A stretch of DNA of 52,380 nucleotides from the NCBI RefSeq assembly GCF_001194135.2, contig NC_068983.1:89430709-89483088 (forward strand), given 5' to 3'. Source of the DNA: Octopus bimaculoides. Taxonomy: Eukaryota. Below the pieces are notes generated by a model. That model did not search any database. It had not been told where the DNA came from and saw only the letters and a list, made by a program, of their open reading frames with translations. Of the stretch, positions 11,237 through 23,374 are shown one piece after another. A program made the translations under genes and the position numbers. Position 1 is the first letter of the stretch. The number at the start of each line of letters is the position of its first letter.

Positions 11237-14200
11237 TGCCACCTTTAATAAAGAAGTTTGAATATAAAGAGTAGCCTGAACAACAGAAATAGGTTAAGAT
11301 ATTTGTGTTTCAGAGAAGAATAAGATTTGTTATTTACATGTTAGTTGATAGAACTGGTTGGGTTAATCAAAGTGCACAAATATTGCTTTACAAGAAGAAT
11401 TCTTCCTTTTTATGCCAGTTTTGACATAGTATGGTGAATGTTTGGTGAAGCAGTTACAAGAGCGATGGCTCATCGGTGGCCACTGCATCATTTCACTTGA
11501 ATCGACTGGCTGGCTGGATGTCACATTTTTCTTTGTTTTTTCTTTTTTGGCTAGGCCTCCAGAAATCTTTTGGTTACTGAAAAGTGCATCAGTCATGAAT
11601 AGTAGGAGTTCTATTCTTCACATTACGTTTAAACTATTGATAGAATAACAGAAAATTTACTCCAAGAGGATATGCTCACATTTCTCAGAAATCATTTTTG
11701 TTATCCACCAAAGTGAACTATAATAATTCTAAACATAAATAGTACCCCACAGGCAAATAGATAATTTGTTTTGCTTTTTGCCTTAGAGTTTCAGAAGTTG
11801 GTAATTGTTTAAGTATTAATTTTGGTTTGGGCCATTTACTTAAGAGTCATGTTCATGTTGATGTGTCAAGCTGAATATCCCTGAGAACTACATTAAGGGT
11901 ACACATGTCTGTGGAGTGCTCAGCCACTTGCACATTAATTTCATGAGCAACCAGATCTACCTCATACCACATCCTACAGACTTAAAATATCAGGACACTT
12001 CGGATAACGAAGGAGGTGGTCACTGACGAAATGCTTTGATAATAGGTCTGCTTGATCAGGACTAACAACACAATTGCCTCTTTGGTGTATTCAGTGTCGT
12101 TCAACTCTAGAAGACGTCTAAGTTAAGCCTAAAACTATGTAACAAAAATATTCTTTTCTTCAATGAAATTTATCGAAGCATTTCAAGTTTGGTATATTTT
12201 TGTAAACTTGTTCAAATAATAAGAATAAACGAGTGTCATTCCTTTCTTTTATATTTAGAACCTGTCAAAAAAAAATCTATATAAAGAATATTGATTGCTG
12301 TCCGTAATTTAGATAACATGACCCTTGGTAAATGTTACAAAAGGTTTGTATAGCTTATAATAGAAGGGGAGCTGAATGATGGCTTTGTGATTATCGCAGC
12401 AACCAACTGTTAGATGTATGAAGACCAAGTGGTAACCTTGATTCAGTGAAGAAATTGAAGTAAAGGGATTTGTAATGTCTCACGACTCTAGGAAATGAAC
12501 TAACAAAATTTGACGCAGAACTTCAGTTCTTTACTTCGATGTTAAGACATTTGCTCTCTTCCAATAGGCAATAGTACGATCAACAGTAGCATCAATAATT
12601 GAACATGTAGTAGTAGTAACAACATAAATATCACTTTACTTAAGTCATTAGTTATTCGATCAGGTAGACAATAAGCAACCGACCATACTAGAAATACAAA
12701 CACTCACACAACACGCGGATGCAGATCTGATGGGATTTAAGCGTAATAAAGAGGGGGAGGATGAAGAAATAGAAGAAAGAATTCAATGGCATGTTTGTTC
12801 ATCGAGCTACCATCACATGATGTTTGAATAATGTCCATAACACTTGATGGTGTTGGTCAGCTCATAAATAATCCTGCTGGGATGTAAACAGTCAAAAGAA
12901 AAGAGTTTGAAAAAGAGAAAGATAGAGAGTGTGTGCGTGACAGAAAAGAGAGAGGAAGTAATAAATGGCGGCAATAAGAGAGAACACAACATAGCGTCAT
13001 ATATATATAAGTAATCGAGAGGAATAAAAACGATGGGAAGAAAAAGAGAGTGGATGTAAAATGTAGAAAAAGATAAAGAGAAAATAAAAGAAAAAGAAAC
13101 AGATAACAGAGTATCAGACACATTTGGATGTAAGAACAAGAAGAGAGTGACAAACAAAACGATAGTGAAAGAAAAAGAGAAAAAAGCAGAAGCAATGTAG
13201 GAGAGAAATATAGTACCCAGAGTGCGTGAAAGACAACACATAGATACACACACCAAAAATCAAAACAAAAACAAAGCAAAAAAAAAAAAGGAAAATAGTG
13301 CAATGGACAGAAAATAGGAGCCATTGTATGTTGAATGTGTGCGCGCCAGTGATGGAGGGATGCGTGAATATAATTGATCATCTGCAGCAGTGCAAGATCA
13401 ACAGCACAGCACTGCAGTGATATTGAGATGTGTGACGTCTTGCTGCAATATGTAAACAGCAATGCTTGGTCCACACAAACTCCTTCGCACATCTCTCTCT
13501 CTCTCTATCACACACACACACACACACATACACTTTCTACATCCAATTCCAGTAAATCTCTCTCTCTCTCTCTCTCTCCTCTATCTTTCCAATATATTCT
13601 CTCTTACACTCTTTCTCTTTACATCGTTTTTTTTTAACTCTTTAAACAGATGAATGCGCAAACAATTACATAAACACCAACTTCACCAAATGACTACCAC
13701 CCTCTTCATTCTTTCTTACACACTCATACAAACACACTCCTTTTCATATCTACATCTATCTACACACTCACCAACACGCTCTCTCCTTTCCCATCTTTCT
13801 GTCCATTTCACTAAGCTGTTACAACTACTTTCATTTTCAAGCATGCTGGGTTCATTGTGTCTGCATGTTTCTGTATGTATTAACTAGTGTGTCTATTATT
13901 GTTAATGTTAGTGCTACTATGTTCTTGTTAATATTGTTATAGTACTAGTGATATCAAAAGTGTGTGTGTTTACACGATACTGTGTGTGTATCTGTATTAG
14001 TGTTTTGACATTAGTAAATGTGTTAGTATGTTAATAGCAATGTATTGGCACTTGTGTGTCTGTTTGCGTATTAGTGTTTTTTGTATATTTTAGCAATAAT
14101 GCGTTGTATGTTAATATACATTGAATTTAATATGTATGTGTACTGCTATTATGTATTAGTAATAGTGTGTGTAAGCAAATGTGTATTATATAATCTATTA

Positions 14201-14804
14201 GGATGTGCATTTTCTAGCCTTAACCTAGTTTCCAGTCAATTCAGCACTTTTAATTGTTCATTGTTTCAATCGATGTTTGGATTGACTCCAAAACTTCGTC
14301 TTTCAATGTAATTCGTTTTTTTTTTATTTTGTTTTAACTTAATTTTATTGGACTTCAATTTTTTAATTTTGCAATTTGTTCATATTTCCTAAAAGTTCCA
14401 TTTTGTCTTATGGTAAATTCTAGGCGATACGAGTTAACGAGGTTTCGATTTCCGATAGAGTAAAGGAAAAGGGCCTTCCTAATTAAAAGCTAGTTTATAT
14501 CTCCAGATTTCTCTAGAAAATGTCTGTCATTGTTATTATTAACTGTTGCATATCCCAAGACTGGATTTGGGGGATTCGCTTATGCCACATTTGTTCTGAC
14601 AATAGCAACATTTCTAATTAATTACTTCGTGTCTTTTTATTCTTCTAAATGCAATTAGGCTTTGCAGAATCTATAATTTAATGTTATTTGAACAATTTGT
14701 TCCATTAAATTGAGTCATTGTTATTTTCATTATACTTTTTTTTATACTATTAGTTTCTTTTTGATTTGGCGTAAGATCTGTACTTCAGGGTTGTATGATG
14801 ATGA

Positions 14805-15019
14805 TGATCATCATCATTTTAATATCCACTTTTCCATGTTGGACGAAATTTGTTGAGGTAGATTTTCTATGACCAGATACTCTTTCTGTCACCAACCCTC
14901 ACTTGTTTCCATGTAATATTTCCCCATGACTAGGGCATGTTTTCACAGAAGACTGGAAAAGAAGGACACTGCTTGTATGACATTGACACTTGCTTACAAC
15001 TATAACATGTTGTCAGGGC
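14805..15019 (-). mobile_element. Older RTE-type 3' end with (ATC)n tail
   Basis: catcatcatttttaatatccactttccatgttggacg resembles the RTE terminus at 43988 and 52155. Confidence 0.55.
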
Positions 15020-15035
15020 AAGAATACAGTAATAC

Positions 15036-15296
15036 TGGGCGGTGAGCTGGCAGAAAGGTTAGCAAGGGCAGCGAGCTGGCAGAAAGATTAGCACGCCAGG
15101 CGAAATGCTTAGCAGTATTTCGTCTGCCGTTACGTTCTCAGTTCAAATTCTGCCGAGGTCGACTTTGCCTTTCATCCTTTCGGGGTTGATAAATTAAGTA
15201 CCAGTTATGCACTGGGGTTGATGTAATAAACTTAATCCCTTTGTCTGTCCTTGTTTGTCCCCTCTGTATTTAGCCCCTCATGGGCAATAAAGAAAT
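15036..15296 (+). mobile_element. SINE family B (Meta-domain-like core) with L1/Tx1-type tail and 16-bp TSD
   Basis: TSD aagaatacagtaatac at 15020-15035 and 15297-15312. Core gcctttcatcctttcggggttgataaattaagtaccag. Duplicated 5' head. Tail ends aataaagaaat. Confidence 0.85.
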
Positions 15297-16429
15297 AAGA
15301 ATACAGTAATACACTCACATACATATACTCATATACAACAGGCTTCTTTCAGTTTCCATCTACCAAATCCTCTCACAGTAGAAGATATGGCAAGGTATCA
15401 TGCAGTGGGACTCAACCAATAATTAGAACCCTCCCCACCCACCCCCACACATACATACATATGTGTGTGTGTGTGTGTATACACCCACAACACAGATACA
15501 TAATTTATTAGTATTGAACATGATTTAATTATGGCTTAGCAATTCTCGTCCTTGTAACATTAACAAATAAGACCTCTCCAACATTAAAAAACATTAATTC
15601 TGAATTTGTTAAACACTTTGAAAAACTGATTTATTGTTTCCATCAAATATTGAGATTTTGTTGAAGCTATTTGAATAAACCTGGTGGATCCAAAACAATG
15701 TTTGGATTTCAAAAGCTATTTCCTAAAGCTACCTTTACTTGGAACCATTTTCTTTCTTAACACTTAAACAAACATTTCAACTTCCATTTTTCTTCTTTCG
15801 CAAAAAGTTTTAAGTTTCACATCCATAATGCAATTATATAATTATGTGGCCAGTACCATAGATTACAGATAGTTCCTCAGGTGAGGCTAAAAGTACTTAA
15901 TTTCCTTGAGAATATCTTGGAATAGGTGTGAACACCACATATTTCATTCTTTATCAATCTGAGGTTGTAAGCATATTAAAGTCATCATTTTTGATTCCTT
16001 TCACTTAAACTCTTTATCATTTAAACTCGCTATATCCAATACAAATATTCATATTCTTTTATTTCAAACCAGTCAGATCTGGCTTCTCTCACCAACCCTA
16101 CAATGAGATTTTAAAATAAGCACCCACCTCACGGAAATCTCAGAGTTACAAGATAATTAACTCAATGTAAATAAATAAGCATTACATTTAACAGAGTAAT
16201 CTGAATGCTAAAGGGTTAATAAAAGGCCTTATATTATATGGGAAAATGTGATGTAAAGCTCACACTTCTTCCTAAAGACATTAGTAGTTCAAGTAAAATG
16301 AGATGTCACCAAGAAGGAATCAACTCCAGGTCACAGGGTAGCATGAACTATGTTGGGAGGTTTAGATCTTACTCTAATTATTGATTTCTTATTCATGCCA
16401 ATACAGAAAAAAAATGTGATTGTGAGATG

Positions 16430-16575
16430 TAGTGTGGCTGTGTGGGAAGAAATTTGCTTCCCGGCCATGTGGTCTTGGGTTCACTCTCACTGCAAGCTAA
16501 TTTGGACAAGTAACTTCCACTATAGCCTTGTGAATGGATATGGTTGATGGAAACTGAAAGAAGCCTGTTGTATGT
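16430..16575 (+). mobile_element. SINE family A, 5' half, degenerate
   Basis: tgtggctgtgtgggaag...gccttgtgaatggatatggttgatggaaactgaaagaagcctgttgtatg. Confidence 0.65.
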
Positions 16576-17529
16576 ATATGTTGGGTCATTTGAAAAGTAC
16601 TTTATCTCGGGTGCAACAAGTTACAAGGAATCCAGTACAAACTGTTGCATGGCTGGATTGTTGGCAACTAAACCAGCACCTCCACCAAGTTGGCCTGGTG
16701 AGGTGGGTTACTAGGAATCCAGCAGGACTAAAAACAAAACCTGTTAAAAAGACAAATGAATTGAATGTAAGTTCAACAACTATCTAACAAGAACAGAGGC
16801 ACTCAGAAACTCTGGGTTAGTGCCTAGCATGCTGAAAGACCAGTGGGAGTGAGGTACCACTCAGCTTTTGTTAAAACATGTCTCTAGGAGGTCACTCTGA
16901 TATAAAACCAGATATGCAAAACATGGCATTGGACATTTTGGTGAATTTTTGCATGTGCTTGAGATCATGGCACACCCACATTCCTAAGCCTGCAAACCAT
17001 ATTGGCACTAGATATCTTACCTTGGTTTGTCTCTGGATCATATCAAAAGGGTAGAAAGGCTTTATGAGGTGTCATGCAAACCTTATTAAACTGAAAATTT
17101 TGCACTGGCATTGCTGATTTTCTACATGGGCATTGCTGCTTAATTTTATCTATACATTTTTAACCCTACATTTTTTAATTTCACACATTTTAACCTTACA
17201 CTTTTAACTTTACTTTTTTTTTATTTTTTTAATTTGAAAGTCCTGTGGCGATGGGAAGGTGGTGATGTAAGCAGACCTGGCACAATCTATGGAAGCATTT
17301 AGTCAGTGACTTCCACTTAGGTGGTCCATATTAGATATAAAGTTATCCCTTTATTGCCTAAGACAATGATGGGATTCAGTTGCTGTATGGGTGTCAGAGC
17401 AGTTCCATTTGGGGAGGGCACTGCTCATGCAGGGACTGGGGTGGTTCTAGAAAAGGTGAACTAAAAATTTCCTGTCTTCTCTCTGGTCAGTTTAGTGCAA
17501 CTTGCATTTGGGAAAATAGGAAAATATCT

Positions 17530-18660
17530 ATAAAATCTGGACAGAATATGAATATTTCATGTTGGAAAGTGTGTACTCTGTTGGTTGACAACAGTGAATG
17601 TTGGTATTTGTTGCTCTTGAACTGAACCACTATAACAGTTATAGCTGTTCTTCCAGAGACATATTTGGAAGGTGATGGTCAGCTTGACGGGGTTGGAGGT
17701 GGAGCCATGTTTTTCTGGAAGGGTAAAACCAAAAGAGGAGCACAGCAGGACTGGATTGGTTTTGCAGTTTGATCTGAAATCCTCAAGATGGAAAAGCTTC
17801 CTTTCCCTATAAACGATAATTTGATGACTCAGCATCTGCACTTGAGAAATGGGTGATTTACTCTGATAAGTGCTTATGCTCCTACTCTGACCAGTTCTGA
17901 TGAAGATAAAACAACTTTCTATGCCCAGCTGAGAGCTGTACTCATGAATATCATTCTACTGAGAGATTTCAATTCTCAGGTTGGAATAGATTAGCAAACA
18001 TGGAACTCTCTTGGGTATTTCAGTGTAGGGGAAGATGAATAACAATGGTCTCATGCTCCTAGAGCTTTGAGATGAATATGGTTTTTGCATTGCTAGCCTT
18101 CACTTTAAGCACAAAGGTGATCACCCAAGAACATGGATGCATCCAAGGTTTAAGGTTTGACTTTGCTGGATTATGAATATCATTCACATGTATGATATCT
18201 TTGATACTTGTAATGCTTGGTGTGATCACTGCTTGGTATGAGCAAAGTTCTGAATAATAATTAGAGTGAAAGAGAAAAGAGGCCCAGCTAGCATTCCTTG
18301 ACATCTGAATGTGCATTAAGGAAAGAACTTCAGAATCATATCCAGCATTGAAAATATTACAACTTGGAAGGAGTTCTGAGACCAGGTATTTCAATGTGCT
18401 GCTGAAACACTGGGATATGCTACAATCAGTCACAGGGACTAGTTTGATGGAAATTATGCTGAGGTTCAGAGACTTCTGCCTGGAAAGTACAATGCCCATA
18501 ATTTATTACTGCACAGCAGGTTATCAGTTGTGTAGCAGAATCTAGCACTTTCCCATTATAAGAATACAAAATCCCTACTGCAGTGATCACTCAGGAAGAT
18601 ACAGAACACCTGGTGGGAAGGTCTTGCTCTTGATATTCAAGAATCAGTGAATACCAAACC
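17530..18660 (+). pseudogene. Degenerate RTE (BovB-like) AP-endonuclease region
   Basis: Across frameshifts: NISCWKVCTLL, ETYLEGDGQL, FFWKGK, GFAV, FTLISAYAPTLTSSDEDKTTFYAQL, GKMNNNGLMLLEL, TWMHP. Confidence 0.8.
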
Positions 18661-18692
18661 TTTCTAGACTTTATAGCCTCTTCTTTTCTACT

Positions 18693-18860
18693 CTAGGCAC
18701 AAGGCCCAAAATTTTGGGGTAGGGGGCCAGTCAATTAGACCAACCCCAGTACGCAACTGGTACTTCATTTATCGACCCTCAAAGGATGAAAGGCAAAGTT
18801 GACCTCAGTGGAATTTGAACTCAGAACATAAAGACAAAATATCACTAAGCATTTCTCCCA
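18693..18860 (-). mobile_element. SINE family B
   Basis: Reverse complement of the core: tggtacttcatttatcgaccctcaaaggatgaaaggcaaagttgacc. Confidence 0.8.
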
Positions 18861-18874
18861 GTTTGCTTAGCAGT

Positions 18875-18992
18875 ATTTTGTCTCTCTTTATGTTCTGAGT
18901 TCAAATTCTGCTGAGGTTGACTTTGCCTTTCATCCTTTCGGGGTCAATAAATTAAGTACCAGTTGCATACTAGGGTCGATCTAATTGACTCC
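18875..18992 (+). mobile_element. SINE family B, partial
   Basis: ttctgagttcaaattctgctgaggttgactttgcctttcatcctttcggggtcaataaattaagtaccag. Confidence 0.8.
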
Positions 18993-20642
18993 TCCTATGA
19001 TTAGATGTAAGAATGAGTAACATATTGCAAGAATACATATGAAATACTTATGGAGTAACAATGAAGTTGACTTTCCTTCATTCATTATATCCTTTTAAGC
19101 AGTCACTCCCTTTAAGCACCAACTTTGGTCTAACACTACTCAATTCTCCATGAAATCACTTTTAGCTATTTCCAATCACTAAACTGTTCTTTAAATGTTA
19201 CCTATTCATTAATTAATTCATTCATTATTCACTTAAATATTGTAGTCCATTAAAATTGCTTTTGCTACCTGAGAGTGATTTTTTTTCATTTTTATGTGTG
19301 TCCACTATTTGATTCATAATTGTCTGTTTCCTTGTTTTTTGCTGATATTTTTTCTATGCCAGATAGAAATAGACACAACATTTCTTTGTAATGCATTCTC
19401 ACAAGCATTCTCAGATTTAATCAAAACAATTTCTCCCATCTCTTCCATAGTTTGTTTTTAAAAGTAAGTAACTTTCACTACTGAAATTATTGAACAGACT
19501 TTCAATATAGTGCTCCATGTAACTTGGTTGTGTGTCATCTCATTTGTGTAGCAAAACATTCTCAGAATAAATCCACATAATTTCTCACATGTCTTCTTTT
19601 GTCTACTTTTTTCAGTAGGTAGTTTCTATTAACTGTTAGCTGTCTTTCATCCAACCACATAGCCACACTATTCCAGCAATTTCTCCTGCACTCAGCCTAT
19701 GCCTCTGATGTAATTCCCTTCAGAGATTTCAAAAGTCATTGATTAGCTTTAATTTTATAGCATTAAGTAGATGAAAAATAACTCACCTAGGAATATGAGG
19801 TCAGCATATCATAAATAACATTCTCAGCTGATCTGGTATCTATTCTCTGCCTCCACTCACTTACATGATGGATTGAAATTAGATAGAATTAAATGTAATG
19901 CCCAACAAAATATCTACAGTGGATTTAAACTCAAGATCTACAAACAATATCCAATCAAGTAATTTGTATCTACATTGGTGCCCAGCAATTTTCTCAATTC
20001 ACTTGTATTTATTATTATTTTTTTTTTTTTTCAAAATTAATACTGTACATCAAACTGATATTTAACTCATTCCTATTCTCTTTTAATTGCAGATTCTCAG
20101 CATTTTATATTCATGTTCTTTTGGCATATAACCCGCTTTGTTATGCTACATTTTATCTGTCTTCAGTATGAAAGAAAAAAGCCTTTGAATCCAACATAGG
20201 TTCTCATGTCTTTGAAATTTATTTTCTTCCATTCATACCCAAACACTAATATTTTCACTCTCTCCATCCCCTGCACTAATCATGTTACTAACAGAATTTA
20301 TCTACTAATTACAGTGTGCTGTCAACATTATAAAGAAAGTGGCCTTTATGTTTAAACAAAAGAAATCATCAAGATTGCCTGATGTACTACAACTAGTCCA
20401 AGGAAAACAAAGAAGGAAAATAGTAAGGCCAGATTTTACAATTTAGAGCCTTATAGACAGCATGATCCAACTACCCAATGCCAGCACAGGGAAAATGAGA
20501 GTAAGTGATAAATATCAAAACTTTCTGTCCTTTGAAAATGGCCTATAGAGAATATCAGAGTTATACAATAAAGATAGAAATAGAAAACGATGTTTATGTA
20601 TGATATATGGAAGATTTTGTAGAGCATCATAAGACATTTATA

Positions 20643-20994
20643 TTATTACCTCTGCCTTCACTAAGGCAGAGGTATTGCTTTCAGTCATGTTTGTTTGTTT
20701 GTTTGTCTATGGACAAGATATTTCAAGAACCGCTGGATGGATTCGGATGAAATTTCCAGGGATGTTTGGCCTCATGACTGGCACAAATTGATTAGATTTT
20801 GGGATCGATCTGGTACCAGACAAGGATTCTGGATTATTTTTCGTTTTGTTTTCCTTAATTTTTGAGAGTGATCGGGTTCATTTTTAGTATTCTTGTTTGT
20901 GAGAGCAGTTGAGTTTATTTCAAATATTCTCATTTTAAAAATCATCTCTGGCTAATTGTTGAGAGGATGTTAGTGTTGCCTTGGTGGAGGTTTG
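20643..20994 (+). mobile_element. Non-autonomous Helentron-type (HINE/DINE-1-like) element
   Basis: 5' hairpin acctctgcctt-cact-aaggcagaggt (20648-20673), then a (TTTG)n block, then a 3' subterminal repeat ccttggtggaggt (~20979-20991). This matches the general HINE layout. Confidence 0.6.
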
Positions 20995-21059
20995 TTATTA
21001 TTATTATTATTTAGATACCTTCAGACAAGTTTTCCAATAATGCCTATAATCATATCAAT

Positions 21060-21720
21060 CTTGCATGCATATTGCTAACTTACCAATAGTTTTTGCTTCT
21101 ACATCTTTCTTTAAAAAATCCATGAATATTGATGTAGTACACCCTTTCCTTCAATGCCCTTGTATTGGTTTCCGTAGCACCAACTGATTGGCTGGCTGGA
21201 AGATCTCAGTGTCTCTGGTAGTGATTAGTCAGCCTCATTCTTCTGACTGTTAGTTTCTCACTTAAGGTGCTTGTTGCTTAATATGCTCATTCTGTTTGAT
21301 GTTAAGCACTGCAAACAGCATTCTGATGTAGCAACCATTCAGAGACTTTTGCAAAGTTGGTTTCAGGATCCAGTATTCACAACAATGTAGTAAAGCAAAC
21401 TCTACTGTTGCATAGAAGAAACTGAGTCATGGAAGGATAGAGTTCCATATACATTGGCCATACTGCTCAAATCCTACAATGCAAGCTACCTTTTACATTT
21501 TGAGGGCTTGCTCTGATGAGTTAAACCATGAACCTATGTATTTGAAGTCTTTGACTTCCCTCAGAGCAGTGCTTCTTGTTGTCACTAAAGATGGATGGTC
21601 CAGGAGGATACTGTCGGTGATGACTTTGGTGTACCTGACATTTAGTCAAAGAGCAATATGTCCACTTTGCTCAAGAGCTCCTGTACTTGCTCCATATGAT
21701 TAAATCCCAACCTGGCTGAC
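21060..21720 (-). pseudogene. Degenerate RTE-type RT C-terminal fragment
   Basis: Minus translation gives LREVKDFKYIGSW, FFYATVEFALL, WILKPTLQKSLNGCYIRMLFAVLNI. Confidence 0.75.
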
Positions 21721-22326
21721 TTTTTCATTCTTCTAAAGTAGAAAGAATAAGTATTAGTCAATATAATCAACTATATCTATGAAGTCAATGCCCTAATGTA
21801 GAAATAATTTAATGACTGAAACCAATAAATAATACAAGAACACTTTTCCTAAAAAGCAAAGTTATTTCAAAATCAGAAAAATACTCAGACAAGTGATTCA
21901 CACAGTAAGTACAGTTCATATCAAATAAGCAATAAATATGCAGTTACTTGTTATATTCATGGATTAAACTTTACAAAAATATATTCTGTAAAAGAAACTA
22001 AAACCATTATTATATAATATTACTGAAAAGTCTTTCCAGAAAGCTCTGAGAAAGCAATATTTTTTTTTAAATTACATAATTTTTTTAATATAATTCTGTA
22101 TTTCTATGATGAGAAATTTTATATATTATGTATTGTGTGTGTGTGTATACATATAGATATATGTGTTTGTGTGTGTGTGTATGTGTGTGTGTGTGTATAC
22201 ATATAGATATATGTGTTTGTGTGTGTGAGTTGTCTAAGATACCATAAGTCAGGAAAAGATGCACTCGTATATCAGTCAGAAGAGTGGGTATATCATTTGA
22301 AATGTATAATATTAAATATTTATCAT

Positions 22327-22418
22327 GGCTGATATTGCCAATCGTTTTTGTGTAAAGAATACAATGGAGTGTTAGGTAACAAGCCGATTATATAACTTTA
22401 AGATCATCAGAGTTAGCC
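22327..22418 (-). ncRNA. Hammerhead ribozyme remnant, family 2 (type I topology)
   Basis: GGCTAACT-CTGATGA-tcttaaag...ctttacac-aAAA-acgattgg-CA-atatcagcc. The CUGAUGA core is intact. GAAA and stem II are decayed in a way consistent with CpG loss. Confidence 0.6.
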
Positions 22419-23260
22419 AATATGGAAGGGAATATGGTGACTGCTTTCTATTGTCGGAGGTTGATTAGCACAACCAGTCTGCGGCTGCTGTGAAAAAAGT
22501 GATGGAATGGAAAGGGGCCAAGGGATTAGTTTAGGAGTTATGTCCCTGGGTTGGGTATGTTGTGAAGCCGGCAAGAGCTACCTTGAAGTGGGGAAAGTGT
22601 GTATTATTAATGTGGTGCTCCTATGGAGATGGGGTGTGTGGTATGTGTAGTGGTGTCATATATATAATTTTTTCCAGGGGTGTAGGTATATATAGTTGTG
22701 TTTGTTTGTCTGTTTTCTTTCTGTAAAGGATAAAGCTGTGGGGTGGGGATTGTGTGTGCGTGTGTGTGGGGTCTGTGTATATGTGGGTGTACAATTTGTG
22801 TGAAAGGGTATGTGTTGGGGGTGGTAGGAGACAGTTTATTTTGTGGGATGTCTGCATGTGTGTATATAGGTGCCTTGGTGTGTACTTTGGTCAAACTCTT
22901 TTTGCCAGGCTCAAGGGCATTGGTGGAAGGTCATTTGCAGAAGGCCAAGACAGGAGACCTGTGATTGGAGTCATGGTAGGGTGTGCAGGTATATATACCT
23001 ACACCCCTGAAAAAAATTATACATATGACACCGCTACACATACCACACACCCCATCTCCATAGGAGCACCACGTTAATAATATACACTTTCCCCACTTCA
23101 AGGCAACTCTTGCCGGCTTCATAGCATACCCAACCAAGAGACATAACTCTTAAACTAATCCCTTGGCCCTTTTTCATTCCACCACCTTTTACACAGCAGC
23201 TGCTGACCGGTTGTACTAATCCACCTCTGACAATAGAGACCAGTCACCATATTCCCTTCC

Positions 23261-23374
23261 ATATTGGCTAACTCTGTCATCAGAGTTAGCCAATATAACG
23301 TAAAGTTATATAATCAGTTTGTTACATAACACTCCATTGTATTCTTTACGTGAAACTGATTGATAAGATCAACC
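23261..23374 (+). ncRNA. Hammerhead ribozyme remnant, family 2
   Basis: Perfect 8-bp stem II ACGTAAAG (23298-23305) / CTTTACGT (23344-23351), then GAAA-ctgattga-TA-agatcaacc. The 5' core is broken by a local inversion. Confidence 0.6.

Noticed and set aside
12813-13492. 147- and 211-aa hydrophobic ORFs
   Set aside because: Antisense translation of a GA-rich tract (F/L/S bias); not credible membrane proteins.
20076-20171. Candidate exon 20093-20165 (ttgcag acceptor, gtatga donor)
   Set aside because: No recognisable peptide in any frame and no supporting neighbouring exon.
21513-21519. CTGATGA motif
   Set aside because: It lies antisense within RTE coding sequence, with no stem II-GAAA arrangement.
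22607-23137. ORFs of 68-107 aa in the inverted repeat
   Set aside because: Low-complexity H/T/P or V/C-rich translations. The homologous region lies downstream of the PLE ORF end at 35.4-36.0 kb, so it is non-coding.
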